Shown: piece after piece, positions 1 to 10,348 of the stretch | Layout of the letters: every line of letters starts with the position of its first letter | How positions within the stretch are numbered: position 1 is the stretch's first letter | NCBI GenBank assembly: GCA_964370145.1 | Contig: CAYJIE010000001.1 | Span: forward strand, 24,705-88,704 | Direction of reading: 5' to 3' | From: an uncultured Oscillospiraceae bacterium | Lineage (GTDB): Bacteria; Bacillota; Clostridia; Oscillospirales; Feifaniaceae | DNA length: 64,000 bases | Translations under genes and position numbers: made by a program | Notes under the pieces: generated by a model | Seen by the model: the letters and a program-made list of their open reading frames with translations, nothing else | What the model was told of the DNA's origin: nothing | Databases searched by the model: none

Positions 1-961
1 AGCCCCTTTTGAATCTGTGATGAACAGCACCGAGTTCTTGCTCTAAAAAATCGGTAAGACCTGTGGAGGTCACAGAGTCCGTCACTATATATGGCTGGCT
101 GATGCCCTTTGCTACAATCGCCGCTGAGAGCGCAATCAACTTGTTCTTATTAATTAGCACGCCGCCCTTTCCGATGAATGCGGCACGGTCGCCATCTGTG
201 TCAAACACGACCGCAAGGTCGGCGTTAGTGTCAATAACATTCTTTGAAATCTCGATTAAAGCGTCGTCATCTTCGGGATTTGGAACATGCCCTGAAAAAT
301 GCCCATCGGGAGCAAGATATAAACTGCCAATGGTATCAGCGCCGAGCCTCTCAAGCACAGTCGCGAAAAACCCCGCAACACCGCCGCCTGCATCAACAAG
401 AATTTTTTGACCGACAAAGGGCAAATCACTTTCTGTCTTCTCTTTAATTTTGTCACAAAGCATATCAGCATATTCGCTCAAATATTGACGCTCTGTATAT
501 TTCGGTGTAGTTTCTACGTTTTCTTGGGAAGATTCCTGTGCTAACTCAAGCAAGTTCTTGATATCTGCTTTGGACAGTCCGCCCTCTTTTGTAAAAAATT
601 TCATCCCATTTCTGTCTTTGGGGAGATGGCTGGCGGTCAGCATAATGGCACCATCGGCGTTAAAGCTCTCGTCCTTACATGACATAAACATTGCAGGGGT
701 GCTCGATAGCGCAGTAAAGACGACTTTGCAACCTGCCGCATTAAGCCCTGATATCGTGCCCATAGCGAGTTCTGTCGCTGTCAGTCTTGAATCATGTCCC
801 ACCGCGACAAGTGGCTCTATATTGCTTGCATAGCTGTTTTGTTTAAGGAACTCTCCAAAGGCAAAGGCGATGTCTGCACAAATTTTCGCCGTGAGATTTT
901 TTTTCTCACCCATAGCGACACCACGCACATCACTGCCATTCTGTAATTTCATATAATTCAT
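1..961 (-). CDS. alpha-D-phosphohexomutase (phosphomannomutase/phosphoglucomutase family). Only the N-terminal ~320 aa are present; the 3' end lies beyond the window edge.
   Basis: I translated the reverse strand from the ATG at 961-959: MNYMKLQNGSDVRGVAMGEKKNLT... It carries the active-site serine loop TASHLPKDRNGMKF and the Mg loop DTDGDR, and stays open to position 1. It is absent from the ORF track because the window truncates it. Confidence 0.8.
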   Translation of the reverse strand, partial: MNYMKLQNGSDVRGVAMGEKKNLTAKICADIAFAFGEFLKQNSYASNIEPLVAVGHDSRLTATELAMGTISGLNAAGCKVVFTALSSTPAMFMSCKDESFNADGAIMLTASHLPKDRNGMKFFTKEGGLSKADIKNLLELAQESSQENVETTPKYTERQYLSEYADMLCDKIKEKTESDLPFVGQKILVDAGGGVAGFFATVLERLGADTIGSLYLAPDGHFSGHVPNPEDDDALIEISKNVIDTNADLAVVFDTDGDRAAFIGKGGVLINKNKLIALSAAIVAKGISQPYIVTDSVTSTGLTDFLEQELGAVHHRFKRG

Positions 962-969
962 ATGACACC

Positions 970-2523
970 TCAAATTTCAAATTCTGTCCGCTCGCCCCAA
1001 TATTTTCGATCAAGCGCACGATATTGCATCGCCTGCGCCACATGGGACAGCCCAATATTATCTTCGCCCTCAAGGTCGGCAATAGTCCTTGCGATTTTCA
1101 GCACCTTGTCATAGCTCCTTGCACTCATCGCAAGCTTGTCAAATCTATCTCTCAAATACATCTCTGTGTCATTGTCGAGTTTGCAAAATTCACGGACTTC
1201 ACGCCGCCCCATCTTGCTGTTGCTATATATTCCACGTCCGCTAAACCGAGCAGTTGCACGCTCTCTCGCCACTTGCACACGCATGCGAATATCTTCACTG
1301 CGCTCAGCCTTTGTGCCCTGTAATTCGTCAAAAGAAACAGCGCCCACCTCCACATGGATATCCATACGGTCGAGCATCGGGCCGGATATTTTGCTTAGAT
1401 ATCGGGAGATTTCAGTCGGCTTACAGCGACATTTTGCGCTCGAATGCCCATAGTAGCCGCAAGGACAGGGGTTCATCGCCGCAACTACCATGAGTTTGCA
1501 AGGATATGCGATGGTTGCCTGTGCTCTTGAAATCGTAATTTTGCCGTCCTCAATCGGTTGGCGCAGCACTTCAAGCACAGAGCGGTCGAACTCCGTAAAC
1601 TCATCTAAAAATAACACCCCGTTATGAGCAAGGGACACTTCACCCGGTTTTGGGATTCGTCCACCGCCCGACAGTCCCACTGCGGAGGTCGTGTGATGTG
1701 GGCTGCGAAACGGGCGCTCAGTTATGAGAGCACTTTCGGTTAGAAGACCTGCAACAGAGTGAATTTCCGTCACTTCAATTGCCTCTTCAATTAGCATCGG
1801 GGAGAGGATTGTGGGAAGTCTTTTGGCAAGCATTGATTTTCCTGTTCCAGGAGGCCCAATCATAAGAAGATTATGCCCACCAGCCGCCGCAATCTCAAAT
1901 GCATATTTTGCATTTTCCTGTCCGTGCACGTCGCAGAAATCGAGAAAGTTGTCGCAACTTGAATGTGCAAACAGTTCATCTAAATCCACCTTCACAGGCT
2001 CAATTACAGCCTCACCCTTAAGGTGGGCGACAAGGCTTTTCACATCGTCAACGGGGATGATGTTGATATCGCCGAGCACAGCCGCCTCCATAGCATTTTG
2101 AGTTGGTACAAAAAGATGAGTTATCCCTTTGTTTCTTGCCTCCTTCGCCATCACCAGCGCACCCTTAATCGGTCGCACTGCGCCACTGAGCGAGAGTTCA
2201 CCTACGAAAGCAAATGAGCGTGGCGGCTCGTTGATGATTTCTCTTGCCGAAAGAAGGGCAATCAAAATCGGCAAATCATAGACAGCGCCGTCTTTTGCCG
2301 TATCGGCAGGCGCAAGATTTACCGTTGTTTTTGAATATGTCGGTTCAAAGCCGCTGTTTTTGAATGCCGCACGCACACGGTCACGGCTCTCTTTGACGGC
2401 GGTGCCTGCAAGTCCGACAATGTCGAAAGTCGTCTGGCTATATGACGGAGCAATATCCATCTCAACCGTCACAAGATAAGCGCTCATGCCGAAAATACCC
2501 ATGCTCATTACCGAAGAAATCAT
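970..2523 (-). CDS. comM: YifB/ComM family Mg-chelatase-like AAA+ ATPase
   Basis: 517 aa with a Lon-protease-like N-domain, Walker A GPPGTGKSM, Walker B VLFLDEF, a Cys cluster CPCGYYGHSSAKCRC and a C-terminal ChlI-like region. Confidence 0.88.
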   Translation of the reverse strand: MISSVMSMGIFGMSAYLVTVEMDIAPSYSQTTFDIVGLAGTAVKESRDRVRAAFKNSGFEPTYSKTTVNLAPADTAKDGAVYDLPILIALLSAREIINEPPRSFAFVGELSLSGAVRPIKGALVMAKEARNKGITHLFVPTQNAMEAAVLGDINIIPVDDVKSLVAHLKGEAVIEPVKVDLDELFAHSSCDNFLDFCDVHGQENAKYAFEIAAAGGHNLLMIGPPGTGKSMLAKRLPTILSPMLIEEAIEVTEIHSVAGLLTESALITERPFRSPHHTTSAVGLSGGGRIPKPGEVSLAHNGVLFLDEFTEFDRSVLEVLRQPIEDGKITISRAQATIAYPCKLMVVAAMNPCPCGYYGHSSAKCRCKPTEISRYLSKISGPMLDRMDIHVEVGAVSFDELQGTKAERSEDIRMRVQVARERATARFSGRGIYSNSKMGRREVREFCKLDNDTEMYLRDRFDKLAMSARSYDKVLKIARTIADLEGEDNIGLSHVAQAMQYRALDRKYWGERTEFEI

Positions 2524-2546
2524 GATGTCTCTCCTGATTTATTGTA

Positions 2547-3248
2547 TTATTCCACCGTCTCAATCGGTGCTTCTACCGGTGCAACAGCAACTTCACCAAA
2601 GCAGAATTTTTGCACAGTAGGTCCGATTATTGCCTTGATTGGCGGGATTATTTTGCCGATAAGCAGTGCGGAGAGGATTGTGCCCTCGCGCACGCCATTA
2701 AGCTCACCGAGAAAGATGAGACAAAGTGCGGTTGCTGTAATAACAGAGGCACAATCTACCCAAACTTTCATCTTGCTAAATGGCTTTCCTAAAGTGTCGG
2801 CAATTGCCTGTGTCAGACCCTCTATCGGCATTGGCAAAATATTTGCGCTTATATATAAAAACACGCCGATTGCAATGAGAACCATGCTTATGGCTAGCAT
2901 TGCCAGTGAACCAAAATATGTAGGGATTACAAACCAGCCGATAACAAGTCGCATTGCATCGACCATATAGCCAAATACGGAGGATACGACGATTTGAAAC
3001 AGCATAATCGGTTTGTAATTTTTGCGCAATATTATAATTTGCAACAGCATGTAGAATGCAAAGACACCAATAACAGTCCATGAGAGAGGGAAATTGGTGA
3101 TGACACTTACGACATATGGTAGTGAGTTGACGGGGGATACACCCAAATTAGAATTAATTGATATAACAACACCTGTTGCGATTAAAAATTGCCCTAAAAA
3201 GTAGATTATAAGCCTTTTTGCAAAAAAGCCATTTTTGTTGTTCTCCAA
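2547..3248 (-). CDS. YczE/YitT-like polytopic membrane protein
   Basis: 233 aa and very hydrophobic. The N-terminus RLIIYFLGQFLIATGVVISINSNLGVSPVNSLPYV resembles the YczE/YyaS family signature. TTG start 5 nt after GAGGTG. Confidence 0.6.
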   Translation of the reverse strand: MENNKNGFFAKRLIIYFLGQFLIATGVVISINSNLGVSPVNSLPYVVSVITNFPLSWTVIGVFAFYMLLQIIILRKNYKPIMLFQIVVSSVFGYMVDAMRLVIGWFVIPTYFGSLAMLAISMVLIAIGVFLYISANILPMPIEGLTQAIADTLGKPFSKMKVWVDCASVITATALCLIFLGELNGVREGTILSALLIGKIIPPIKAIIGPTVQKFCFGEVAVAPVEAPIETVE

Positions 3249-3285
3249 AGTAGCACCTCATTTTCTAAGTTTTAAATCAAATTAT

Positions 3286-3314
3286 ATTATATCAAATTAT
3301 GAGAATACTGTCAA
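3286..3314 (-). promoter_or_regulatory. sigma-A type promoter for the yczE-like/comM/mutase transcription unit
   Basis: On the reverse strand: TTGACA (3314-3309), a 17-nt spacer, then TATAAT (3291-3286). This lies ~40 nt upstream of the TTG start. Confidence 0.5.
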
Positions 3315-3454
3315 TGCGAATATGATTTTATTGTAGGGTTTGTATGGGAAGAGTGGAAGGCAGTGTGGGGAGATTAGAGAAATGTAGTGTAGACAGGGGA
3401 TTGCGAGAATGGGAGGGGTGGAGGAAACACAGCACAGGCAGCCCCCGTGCTCCC

Positions 3455-3487
3455 GCAAAAAAATAAAAAGGGGCGATGCCCCTTTTT
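3455..3487 (-). terminator. intrinsic terminator after the secA-hydrolase operon
   Basis: The reverse strand reads AAAAAGGGGCATCGCCCCTTTTTATTTTTTT directly after the stop at 3489: a GC stem followed by a long U tract. Confidence 0.7.
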
Positions 3488-3488
3488 A

Positions 3489-4019
3489 TTAACGATTAAG
3501 AATTTTAACTTGCAGTCCCTCAAGAACATCTAATGTTTTTTCATGCAACGCATGGTCAAAACTCGCTGTTAGATTTGCGTCAACATAAATCTGCGCATCG
3601 GGATATTTCGTCTGAAACGCCACCGCATTGCTTATCACACAGATATTGGAGACAAGCCCCGAGAGTTCAATTTCGTCCACGACAATCGGGAGTGCTCTGG
3701 ACACTTCCTCTGTTATATTCAGCGCAAAAGCCTCCTTGTCAAAACCGACAGCACCAACTTCTTCAAGCGCTTTCTTAGTCTCGCCATACAGCTCATGCCC
3801 ATATGTGCCCTTTATGCAGTGTTCAACAGGGAGATTCTTGCCCTCTCTCGTCGAAAGATAAGAGCGGTCATGCGTGTCGCGAGTATAAAAAACCGCACTC
3901 TTGCCATATTCACGCACTCTGCTTGCGATTTTCTCGTCAAGGAGCTCTGCGCCGTCAAATCCGAGAGAGCCATCAACGAAATCATTTTGATAGTCAATTA
4001 CAACAAATATTTTTTTCAT
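3489..4019 (-). CDS. isochorismatase-family cysteine hydrolase (nicotinamidase/pyrazinamidase-like)
   Basis: 176 aa with N-terminal KIFVVIDYQNDFVDGSLG (catalytic Asp) and a Cys in GLVSNICVISNA. Starts 9 nt after the secA stop. Confidence 0.75.
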   Translation of the reverse strand: MKKIFVVIDYQNDFVDGSLGFDGAELLDEKIASRVREYGKSAVFYTRDTHDRSYLSTREGKNLPVEHCIKGTYGHELYGETKKALEEVGAVGFDKEAFALNITEEVSRALPIVVDEIELSGLVSNICVISNAVAFQTKYPDAQIYVDANLTASFDHALHEKTLDVLEGLQVKILNR

Positions 4020-4028
4020 ATAGCCTCA

Positions 4029-6740
4029 CTAAGCCCCACAGCATTTCTTGTATTTTTTGCCACTGCCGCATGGGCAAATATCATTTCTGCCAACCTTGTC
4101 ACTCGCACGTTTCACAGGTTCTTTTTTTGCATCTCCGCCACCGACAGCGTTGAGTTCTTCTTCACTTGCAATTCGTTGGCGCTTAACTTCAGTATTTGGT
4201 CTAAGCCTAGCCGCAAACAGCGCCTTGACCGTGTCTTCTTTGATGCTTTGGCTCATCGCCTCAAACATGTCAAACCCCTCGAATTTATACTCAAGGACAG
4301 GGTTTCTCTGTCCGATTGAGCGAAGTCCGATACCCTTGCGCAGTTCGTCCATAGCATCAATATGCTCTGTCCACTTCTTGTCAACTTGAGACAACATGAC
4401 AACACGCTCAAGCTCACGCATAATTTCGCCATATTCAGCCTCTTTCGCCTCATAGACCTTGACTGAGCGCTCTTTTAGGAAATTGTCAATATCATCTTTT
4501 GTCATCTCCGTCGTAAGCTCGTCGCCCCTTAAGAAATAGCCCTTGAATTCATTTATAAGCCCTTGCAGATTCCAGTTTGCTTTGTCGTCGCCGACAAGAT
4601 GCATTGCAATTTTCTCATCAATGACATCAGTAATCATTTTCATGACTGCGTCACGGAGATTTTCGCCGTCAAGCACTTTGCGTCTTTGCTCATATATAAC
4701 TTTTCTCTGTAAGTTCATGACATCATCATATTGCAAGACATGTTTTCTAACATCGAAGTTGCGATTCTCGACTTTTTGTTGAGAGCTCTCAATTGTGTTT
4801 GAAAGGATTTTCGCCTCAATCGGTGTATCTTCATCAAGCCCGAGACTACCCATAATATTTGTGAGGCGGTCACCGCCAAACAATCTCATCAAATCGTCTT
4901 CAAGAGAGATGTAAAATCTAGTTTCGCCGGGGTCGCCTTGACGTCCTGCACGTCCACGCAGCTGATTGTCAATACGTCTGCTTTCGTGGCGCTCTGTGCC
5001 CAAGATGAACAATCCGCCCACGCTCTTGACAAATTCAGCCTCTGGAGCAAACAGCCCCTTATATTTCTGCTCAAGCTCACCGAAAACTCGTCTCGCTTCA
5101 AGAATTGCCGCATCGTCTGTCTCATGATATGTTGTGGACGCCTCGATATCCTCTTCGCTCATTCCGAGCTTTCTCATCTCGGTTTTCGCCGCAAATTCTG
5201 CGTTTCCGCCGAGGCTGATATCAGTACCGCGCCCTGCCATATTAGTTGAGATTGTGACGACTCCGCGTTTACCTGCCTGCGCAACGATATGCGCCTCTTG
5301 CTCATGCAATTTTGCATTTAGGACATTATGAGGTATGCCTTTGCGCTTTAACATGGCGGAAAGAAGTTCACTCTTCTCGATGGAAACAGTGCCGACAAGG
5401 ACAGGTTGTTCCTTGGCAAAACATGCCTCGATATTCTCGATAATAGCACGGTATTTGCCCGCTTGTGTTTTGTAGACTACATCGCTGTAATCTTGTCTTT
5501 GCATTGGCTTATTTGTTGGGATTTCCACGACATCTAGGGAATATATCTCACGGAACTCGTTTTCCTCGGTCAACGCGGTACCTGTCATTCCCGACAGTTT
5601 GCCATATAGTCTAAAATAGTTTTGGAAAGTGATTGTAGCAAGGGTTCTGCTCTCCCTTTGCACTTTAACACGCTCTTTTGCCTCAATCGCCTGATGCAGT
5701 CCCTCGCTGAAACGGCGCCCGAACATAAGACGACCGGTGCTCTCGTCAACAATGACGATTTCGCCGTCACGATTGACATAGTCCACATCGAGTTTCATGA
5801 TGCCATGTGCCTTGAGTGCTTGATTGATATGGTGGAAAATTGCTGAATTTTCTGGGTCGGAAAGGCTCTCGATTCCAAAGTATCTCTCGGCTTTTTCCTG
5901 CCCCTTTGTTGTTATCGTTGTGCTCCTAGCCTTCTCATCAATGATGTAGTCAGCGTCAATGTCCTCTTGCTCCTCTTTGGCATCAACCTCAAGGAATTTA
6001 ATTGCACGCATTGTACGAACTAGCTTGTCAGCTTTTTCGTACATATCTGTCGACTTGTCGCCCTGACCACTTATAATAAGAGGCGTTCTAGCCTCGTCGA
6101 CGAGAATACTGTCCACCTCGTCTATGATTGCAAAAGCATGACCGCGCTGTGTCATCTCATGCTTATGAATAACCATGTTGTCACGAAGATAGTCAAAGCC
6201 ATATTCATTATTCGTGCCATATGTGATATCAGCCGCATAGGCAGCTTGCTTATCAGCCCCACGCACACCATGGACAACAAGCCCGACAGACATGCCAAGA
6301 TAGCGGTAGATTTTGCCCATCCACTCGCTGTCTCTTCGTGCTAGATAGTCATTGACTGTGACAATGTGCACACCGTTTCCGGTGAGGGCGTTGAGATAGG
6401 CAGGTAAAGTGGACATCAATGTCTTTCCTTCGCCTGTTTTCATCTCCGCAATACGTCCTTGATGGAGCACGATGCCGCCAAGAATTTGCACATCATAGTG
6501 ACGCAGACCAAGCACACGAGTGGTCGCCTCACGCACTGTCGCAAATGCGTCGGGCAGAATGTCATCGAGCGTTTCGCCATTTGCAAGGCGCTCTTTTAGT
6601 TTAGGGGTCATCGCCCGAAGCTCGCTACCGCAAAGTGCTTTGTAGCTGTCCGAAAGCGCGTTGACCTTATCAACGATTGGTTGAATTTTTTTTAGCTCTC
6701 TGTCGCTATGTGTTCCGAAAATTTTATCAAAAAGACCCAA
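4029..6740 (-). CDS. secA: preprotein translocase ATPase SecA
   Basis: 903 aa with DEAD-like motor motifs ([38 protein letters not shown]) and a C-terminal zinc finger [14 protein letters not shown]. Confidence 0.97.
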   Translation of the reverse strand: MGLFDKIFGTHSDRELKKIQPIVDKVNALSDSYKALCGSELRAMTPKLKERLANGETLDDILPDAFATVREATTRVLGLRHYDVQILGGIVLHQGRIAEMKTGEGKTLMSTLPAYLNALTGNGVHIVTVNDYLARRDSEWMGKIYRYLGMSVGLVVHGVRGADKQAAYAADITYGTNNEYGFDYLRDNMVIHKHEMTQRGHAFAIIDEVDSILVDEARTPLIISGQGDKSTDMYEKADKLVRTMRAIKFLEVDAKEEQEDIDADYIIDEKARSTTITTKGQEKAERYFGIESLSDPENSAIFHHINQALKAHGIMKLDVDYVNRDGEIVIVDESTGRLMFGRRFSEGLHQAIEAKERVKVQRESRTLATITFQNYFRLYGKLSGMTGTALTEENEFREIYSLDVVEIPTNKPMQRQDYSDVVYKTQAGKYRAIIENIEACFAKEQPVLVGTVSIEKSELLSAMLKRKGIPHNVLNAKLHEQEAHIVAQAGKRGVVTISTNMAGRGTDISLGGNAEFAAKTEMRKLGMSEEDIEASTTYHETDDAAILEARRVFGELEQKYKGLFAPEAEFVKSVGGLFILGTERHESRRIDNQLRGRAGRQGDPGETRFYISLEDDLMRLFGGDRLTNIMGSLGLDEDTPIEAKILSNTIESSQQKVENRNFDVRKHVLQYDDVMNLQRKVIYEQRRKVLDGENLRDAVMKMITDVIDEKIAMHLVGDDKANWNLQGLINEFKGYFLRGDELTTEMTKDDIDNFLKERSVKVYEAKEAEYGEIMRELERVVMLSQVDKKWTEHIDAMDELRKGIGLRSIGQRNPVLEYKFEGFDMFEAMSQSIKEDTVKALFAARLRPNTEVKRQRIASEEELNAVGGGDAKKEPVKRASDKVGRNDICPCGSGKKYKKCCGA

Positions 6741-6884
6741 GAATATATCCTCCGCTTATAAATGCTTTTTGTGGCAATGCGACAAATTTAGCAATGCCAT
6801 TTTGTTATTATACCATATATTAGATAAATAATTTGAATAATTCATTAATTTTTGCAAAAAATTTTTGAAGTGATTGGAGGTATT

Positions 6885-7331
6885 ATGGAAAATATAAAAA
6901 TTTCAAACAGTGATTATAAAAAGCTTGTGGAAAAATCCTCGAAAAATTCACCCCTGATTAAGAATATGATTTGCGCCTTTTTTTACGGTGGGGCTTTTTG
7001 CGTGGTCGGTGAATTTTCAATGACATATTTCGAGGGGGTTTTCGAGGATGAAAAGCTCATAGCCGCCGCCAATGCAGTGTTTATGGTCGGTCTTGGCGTG
7101 CTACTCACAGCACTTGGGCTGTACGAGAAACTTGCGAAAAGAGCGGGGGCGGGCACGATTATCCCGATAACGGGATTTGCAAATTCTGTGGCAAGCTCTG
7201 CCATTGAATTTAAGAGCGAGGGCTTTATTTTAGGGATGGGAGCGAAGATGTTCGCCGTCGCCGCTCCCGTTATCGTGTATGGCACGGTCGCATCGGTTAT
7301 ATACGGCTTGATACTGTTTTTGTGGGGGTGA
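6885..7331 (+). CDS. spoVAC: stage V sporulation protein AC
   Basis: 148 aa from the ATG at 6885, 4 nt after GGAGG; the track's 6852 start looks like an upstream extension. A membrane protein ending ...GFANSVASSAIEFKSEGFILGMGAKMF, typical of SpoVAC. Confidence 0.85.
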   Translation: MENIKISNSDYKKLVEKSSKNSPLIKNMICAFFYGGAFCVVGEFSMTYFEGVFEDEKLIAAANAVFMVGLGVLLTALGLYEKLAKRAGAGTIIPITGFANSVASSAIEFKSEGFILGMGAKMFAVAAPVIVYGTVASVIYGLILFLWG

Positions 7332-7335
7332 ATTT

Positions 7336-8352
7336 GTGAAGAGAGTGGGGAAGACAATCGTGTTTGATTCGCCGCCTTATGTGCTTTCAAGCGCGGGCAT
7401 TGTTGGAAAAAAAGAGGGCGAAGGACCGCTAGGGCTCTTCTTTGACAAGATAATAAATGATGGGTATTTTGGCGAGAAGACATGGGAGAAAGCGGAGAGT
7501 AGATTTTTGCGTACGGCAATTGATGAGGCATTGAAAAAGGCGAGCTTGAAGTATCACGATATAGATGTGTTGTTGTCGGGGGATTTGCTCAATCAATGCT
7601 GTGCGAGCACCTTCGCCTGTGTGGATATGAGCATACCGTTTCTCGGGCTGTTTGGGGCTTGTTCAACAATGGCGGAAGGCTTGGTAATCGGCTCGGTGCT
7701 TGTGGAGAGTGGTGCTGTGGGTAAGGCGATCTGCTCTGCTTCTAGCCACTATTGCTCTGCGGAGCGTCAGTTTCGGTTTCCACTTGGATATGGCGCGCAA
7801 CGAGCACCGACTGCACAGTGGACAACGACGGCGGCAGGCGCATTTATACTGGGATATGACAGCACACAATCATCGAAAATCTGCATCACACATGCTTTAA
7901 TCGGCACGCCATGTGACTTAGGGATTAAGGACGCCGCCAATATGGGAGCGGCGATGGCGCCTTCAGCATACAACAGTTTGCGGCAGTTTTTCGCAGATAC
8001 AAATACGACTTTTGGCGACTATGACATTGTGGCGACAGGCGACCTTGGGCAAGTCGGATTTGATATGGTGACGGAGCTGTTTTTGCGTGATGGCGTGACG
8101 GAATTGGCGAATTATAATGACTGTGGTTTGCTCATTTTTGACATAGATAAGCAAGATGTGCATGCTGGTGGCTCGGGCTGTGGCTGTTCTGCTTCGGTCG
8201 GTGCGTCTTATATAATGCATCGGCTTAGAAATGGCGATTGGAAAAAGGCGGTGCTCGCAAGTACAGGTGCCTTGATGTCGCCAACGTCGGCGCAGCAGGG
8301 GAGCAATATTGTCGGGGTGACGCATATTGTTAGTTTTGAGGTGAGGGCATGA
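7336..8352 (+). CDS. spoVAD: stage V sporulation protein AD (thiolase-fold DPA-binding protein)
   Basis: 338 aa with GKKEGEGPLG and LSGDLLNQ motifs, positioned between spoVAC and spoVAEb. Confidence 0.9.
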   Translation: MKRVGKTIVFDSPPYVLSSAGIVGKKEGEGPLGLFFDKIINDGYFGEKTWEKAESRFLRTAIDEALKKASLKYHDIDVLLSGDLLNQCCASTFACVDMSIPFLGLFGACSTMAEGLVIGSVLVESGAVGKAICSASSHYCSAERQFRFPLGYGAQRAPTAQWTTTAAGAFILGYDSTQSSKICITHALIGTPCDLGIKDAANMGAAMAPSAYNSLRQFFADTNTTFGDYDIVATGDLGQVGFDMVTELFLRDGVTELANYNDCGLLIFDIDKQDVHAGGSGCGCSASVGASYIMHRLRNGDWKKAVLASTGALMSPTSAQQGSNIVGVTHIVSFEVRA

Positions 8353-8702
8353 ATTATGTATATGCATTTGTTGTCGGTGGGCTTATCTGTGCCTGTGCGC
8401 AAATTTTGATAGACAAGACGAAAATGACACCGGCTAGAGTGGTCGTTGGTTTTGTCGTGCTCGGAGTAATTCTTACAGGATTGGGGATTTATGAGGGTTT
8501 TGTTGAGTTTGCAGGGGCAGGGGCAACAGTGCCGATTATCGGCTTTGGTTACTCTTTGGCAAATGGCGTGAAACAGGCGGTGGAAAAAGACGGTTTTATC
8601 GGAATTTTCACAGGGGGGCTGTCAGCGACAGCGGCAGGAATTGCGGCGGCACTCGCCTTCTCTTTCTTAGCTGGAATAGCGACAAAATCGCGAGAAAAAT
8701 GA
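8349..8702 (+). CDS. spoVAE: stage V sporulation protein AE (SpoVAEb)
   Basis: 117-aa membrane protein whose start overlaps the spoVAD stop by 4 nt. The GAGATVPIIGFGYSLANGV motif is paralogous to SpoVAC. Confidence 0.85.
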   Translation: MNYVYAFVVGGLICACAQILIDKTKMTPARVVVGFVVLGVILTGLGIYEGFVEFAGAGATVPIIGFGYSLANGVKQAVEKDGFIGIFTGGLSATAAGIAAALAFSFLAGIATKSREK

Positions 8703-8814
8703 CAATAATTTATCAAAGAACTGTTATCCGAAACCGTAAAAAGATAAAACTGTACAACAGCGTGAATAAACTGGAAATATACTGTTCTTTCGCTAATATA
8801 TACCATTAATAATC

Positions 8815-8843
8815 TTGACAACAATGAATGTTTATAATATACT
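8815..8843 (+). promoter_or_regulatory. sigma-A type promoter upstream of desulfoferrodoxin
   Basis: TTGACA (8815-8820), a 17-nt spacer, then TATACT (8838-8843). Confidence 0.45.
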
Positions 8844-8893
8844 ACTATAAAGCATAATCGTGCTTTGTTAAAATTCAATATGTAGGAGGGACT

Positions 8894-9283
8894 ATGAGAA
8901 GTAATCAAAAATTTTTCGTATGTAAGCATTGTAAGAACATCATCGGTGTGATTGAAAACGCAGGCGTACCCCTATCGTGTTGCAATGAAAAAATGAGCGA
9001 GCTCGTGCCAAACACTGTTGAGGCGAGCCAAGAGAAACACTTGCCTCATGTAGCATATGATGAGAGTACAAAAACTCTTGAAGTTGCAGTGGGCAGCACG
9101 CATCATCCAATGGAAGATGCGCACAACATCTCATTTGTTTATGTAGAAACAGATTGCGGCGGACAGCGCAAGTCTCTAGCAGTAGGGCAAGCGCCGATTG
9201 TGAAATTCTGTTTTTGCGAGGACAAACCAATCGCAGTGTATGCATACTGCAATCTACACGGACTATGGAAGACAGATATTTAA
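8894..9283 (+). CDS. dfx: desulfoferrodoxin (2Fe superoxide reductase)
   Basis: 129 aa. The N-terminal desulforedoxin-like centre is CKHC...SCC. Centre II ligands are EKHLPH, THHP and YCNLHG. Confidence 0.9.
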   Translation: MRSNQKFFVCKHCKNIIGVIENAGVPLSCCNEKMSELVPNTVEASQEKHLPHVAYDESTKTLEVAVGSTHHPMEDAHNISFVYVETDCGGQRKSLAVGQAPIVKFCFCEDKPIAVYAYCNLHGLWKTDI

Positions 9284-9293
9284 TGTAGCGAAA

Positions 9294-9327
9294 GCTAAAA
9301 CGGTGGCCAAGCGGTCGCCGTTTTAGC
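9294..9327 (+). terminator. strong hairpin after dfx; a possible terminator that lacks a U tract
   Basis: GCTAAAACGG...CCGTTTTAGC forms a perfect 10-bp outer stem, with further inner pairing. It is followed by CTCGGTAC rather than a T run. Confidence 0.4.
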
Positions 9328-9380
9328 TCGGTACACCATAAATCGATTTATATAGAAGCGTTGAAGAACTGGAGGACATC

Positions 9381-10271
9381 TTGTACATAGCTGACATTGA
9401 TAATGAAAGACTTGATGTGTTTGTCGCAAGAACACTGGATATAAGTAGGACGCTTGCAGCGGCGAGCTGCGAGGAGGGACATGTCAGAGTTGATGGTGTC
9501 ACGAGGAATAAGAATTACAAATTAAAATTAGAGCAAAATGTAGAGATTGATGTGCAAGAGGCAGTGCCTTTGGATATAGAAGCACAGGATATTGAACTTG
9601 ACATCGCTTTTGAAGATGAGTATTTGCTTGTTGTTAACAAGGCAAGGGGGATGGTGACACATCCGGCACCGGGCAATTATAGCGGAACTTTGGTAAATGC
9701 ACTTATGCATCATTGCAAGGACAGCCTATCCGGAATTAATGGAGTTATGCGTCCTGGAATTGTTCACAGATTGGATAAGGACACGTCAGGCTTGTTAATT
9801 GTTGCGAAAAATGATTTAGCACATAGAGAGCTTGCCGCTCAAATTAAAGAGCACAGTTTTTTAAGGGAATATGAGGCTTTAGTTGTCGGCTCGTTTAAGG
9901 TTGACGAGGGGACTGTGGATAAGCCAATTGCAAGACATCCTGACAGGCGAAAAGAGATGGCGATTGTCGAAGGCGGAAGAGAGGCAATCACACATTACAA
10001 AGTGCTGTGTGATTTTGGCGGAGTCAGTCATTTGAGGTTGAAACTGGAAACAGGACGAACACATCAAATTCGTGTACATATGAAAAGTATCTCGCATCCT
10101 GTTTTGGGCGATGTGGTATATGGTGGAAAAAACGCCGACCGCAGTTTGGGTGGACAAATTCTTCATGCAAAAATGATCGAATTCACTCATCCTAAGACAA
10201 AAGAGAGATTGCGATTTGAAAGTGAATTACCGACGTATTTTACACAAATTTTGGATAAATATAAGCGATGA
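9381..10271 (+). CDS. rluD: RluA-family 23S rRNA pseudouridine synthase (RluD-like)
   Basis: 296 aa with an N-terminal S4 domain and the catalytic motif HRLDKDTSGLLIVAKN. TTG start after GGAGGA. Confidence 0.88.
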   Translation: MYIADIDNERLDVFVARTLDISRTLAAASCEEGHVRVDGVTRNKNYKLKLEQNVEIDVQEAVPLDIEAQDIELDIAFEDEYLLVVNKARGMVTHPAPGNYSGTLVNALMHHCKDSLSGINGVMRPGIVHRLDKDTSGLLIVAKNDLAHRELAAQIKEHSFLREYEALVVGSFKVDEGTVDKPIARHPDRRKEMAIVEGGREAITHYKVLCDFGGVSHLRLKLETGRTHQIRVHMKSISHPVLGDVVYGGKNADRSLGGQILHAKMIEFTHPKTKERLRFESELPTYFTQILDKYKR

Positions 10272-10279
10272 GCGCTTTA

Positions 10280-10303
10280 CACGCCATGCGTGTTAATATA
10301 GAT
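10280..10303 (+). promoter_or_regulatory. conserved 24-nt motif with an inverted repeat, copy 1: CACGCCATGCGTGTTAATATAGAT
   Basis: Matches 12822-12845 at 23 of 24 positions. It contains the palindrome CACGC-CAT-GCGTG followed by an extended -10-like TGTTAATAT. It sits 46 nt upstream of the 10349 start. Confidence 0.5.
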
Positions 10304-10348
10304 AAATAAATCCTAAAAAAAGAAAATAAAAATGCGAAAGGAACACAT

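Noticed and set aside
3340-3420. G-quadruplex in the G-run tract.
   Set aside because: The G runs are irregularly spaced with long loops, and there is no evidence beyond composition. I kept it only as a low-interest compositional oddity.
6983-7531. 182-aa minus-strand ORF overlapping spoVAC/spoVAD. There are similar long antisense ORFs at 28270-28674, 38336-38824, 39761-40207, 51573-52157, 59830-60327, 61533-62003, 62352-62840 and 63206-63619.
   Set aside because: Each lies antisense to a gene with clear conserved motifs. Each translates to low-complexity Ser/Pro/Ala/Ile-rich sequence with no recognisable motif or RBS. These are typical shadow ORFs.
8699-8809. 36-codon ORF (MTIIYQRTVIRNRKKIKLYNSVNKLEIYCSFANIYH) whose ATG overlaps the spoVAE stop (ATGA).
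   Set aside because: It has no independent RBS, an AT-rich low-information sequence and nothing recognisable. I cannot support it without conservation data.
8820-8860. PerR/Fur-like box in the dfx promoter (TTATAATATACTACTATAA).
   Set aside because: It does not fit the 7-1-7 inverted repeat TTATAATNATTATAA. AT-rich promoter DNA gives such partial matches by chance.
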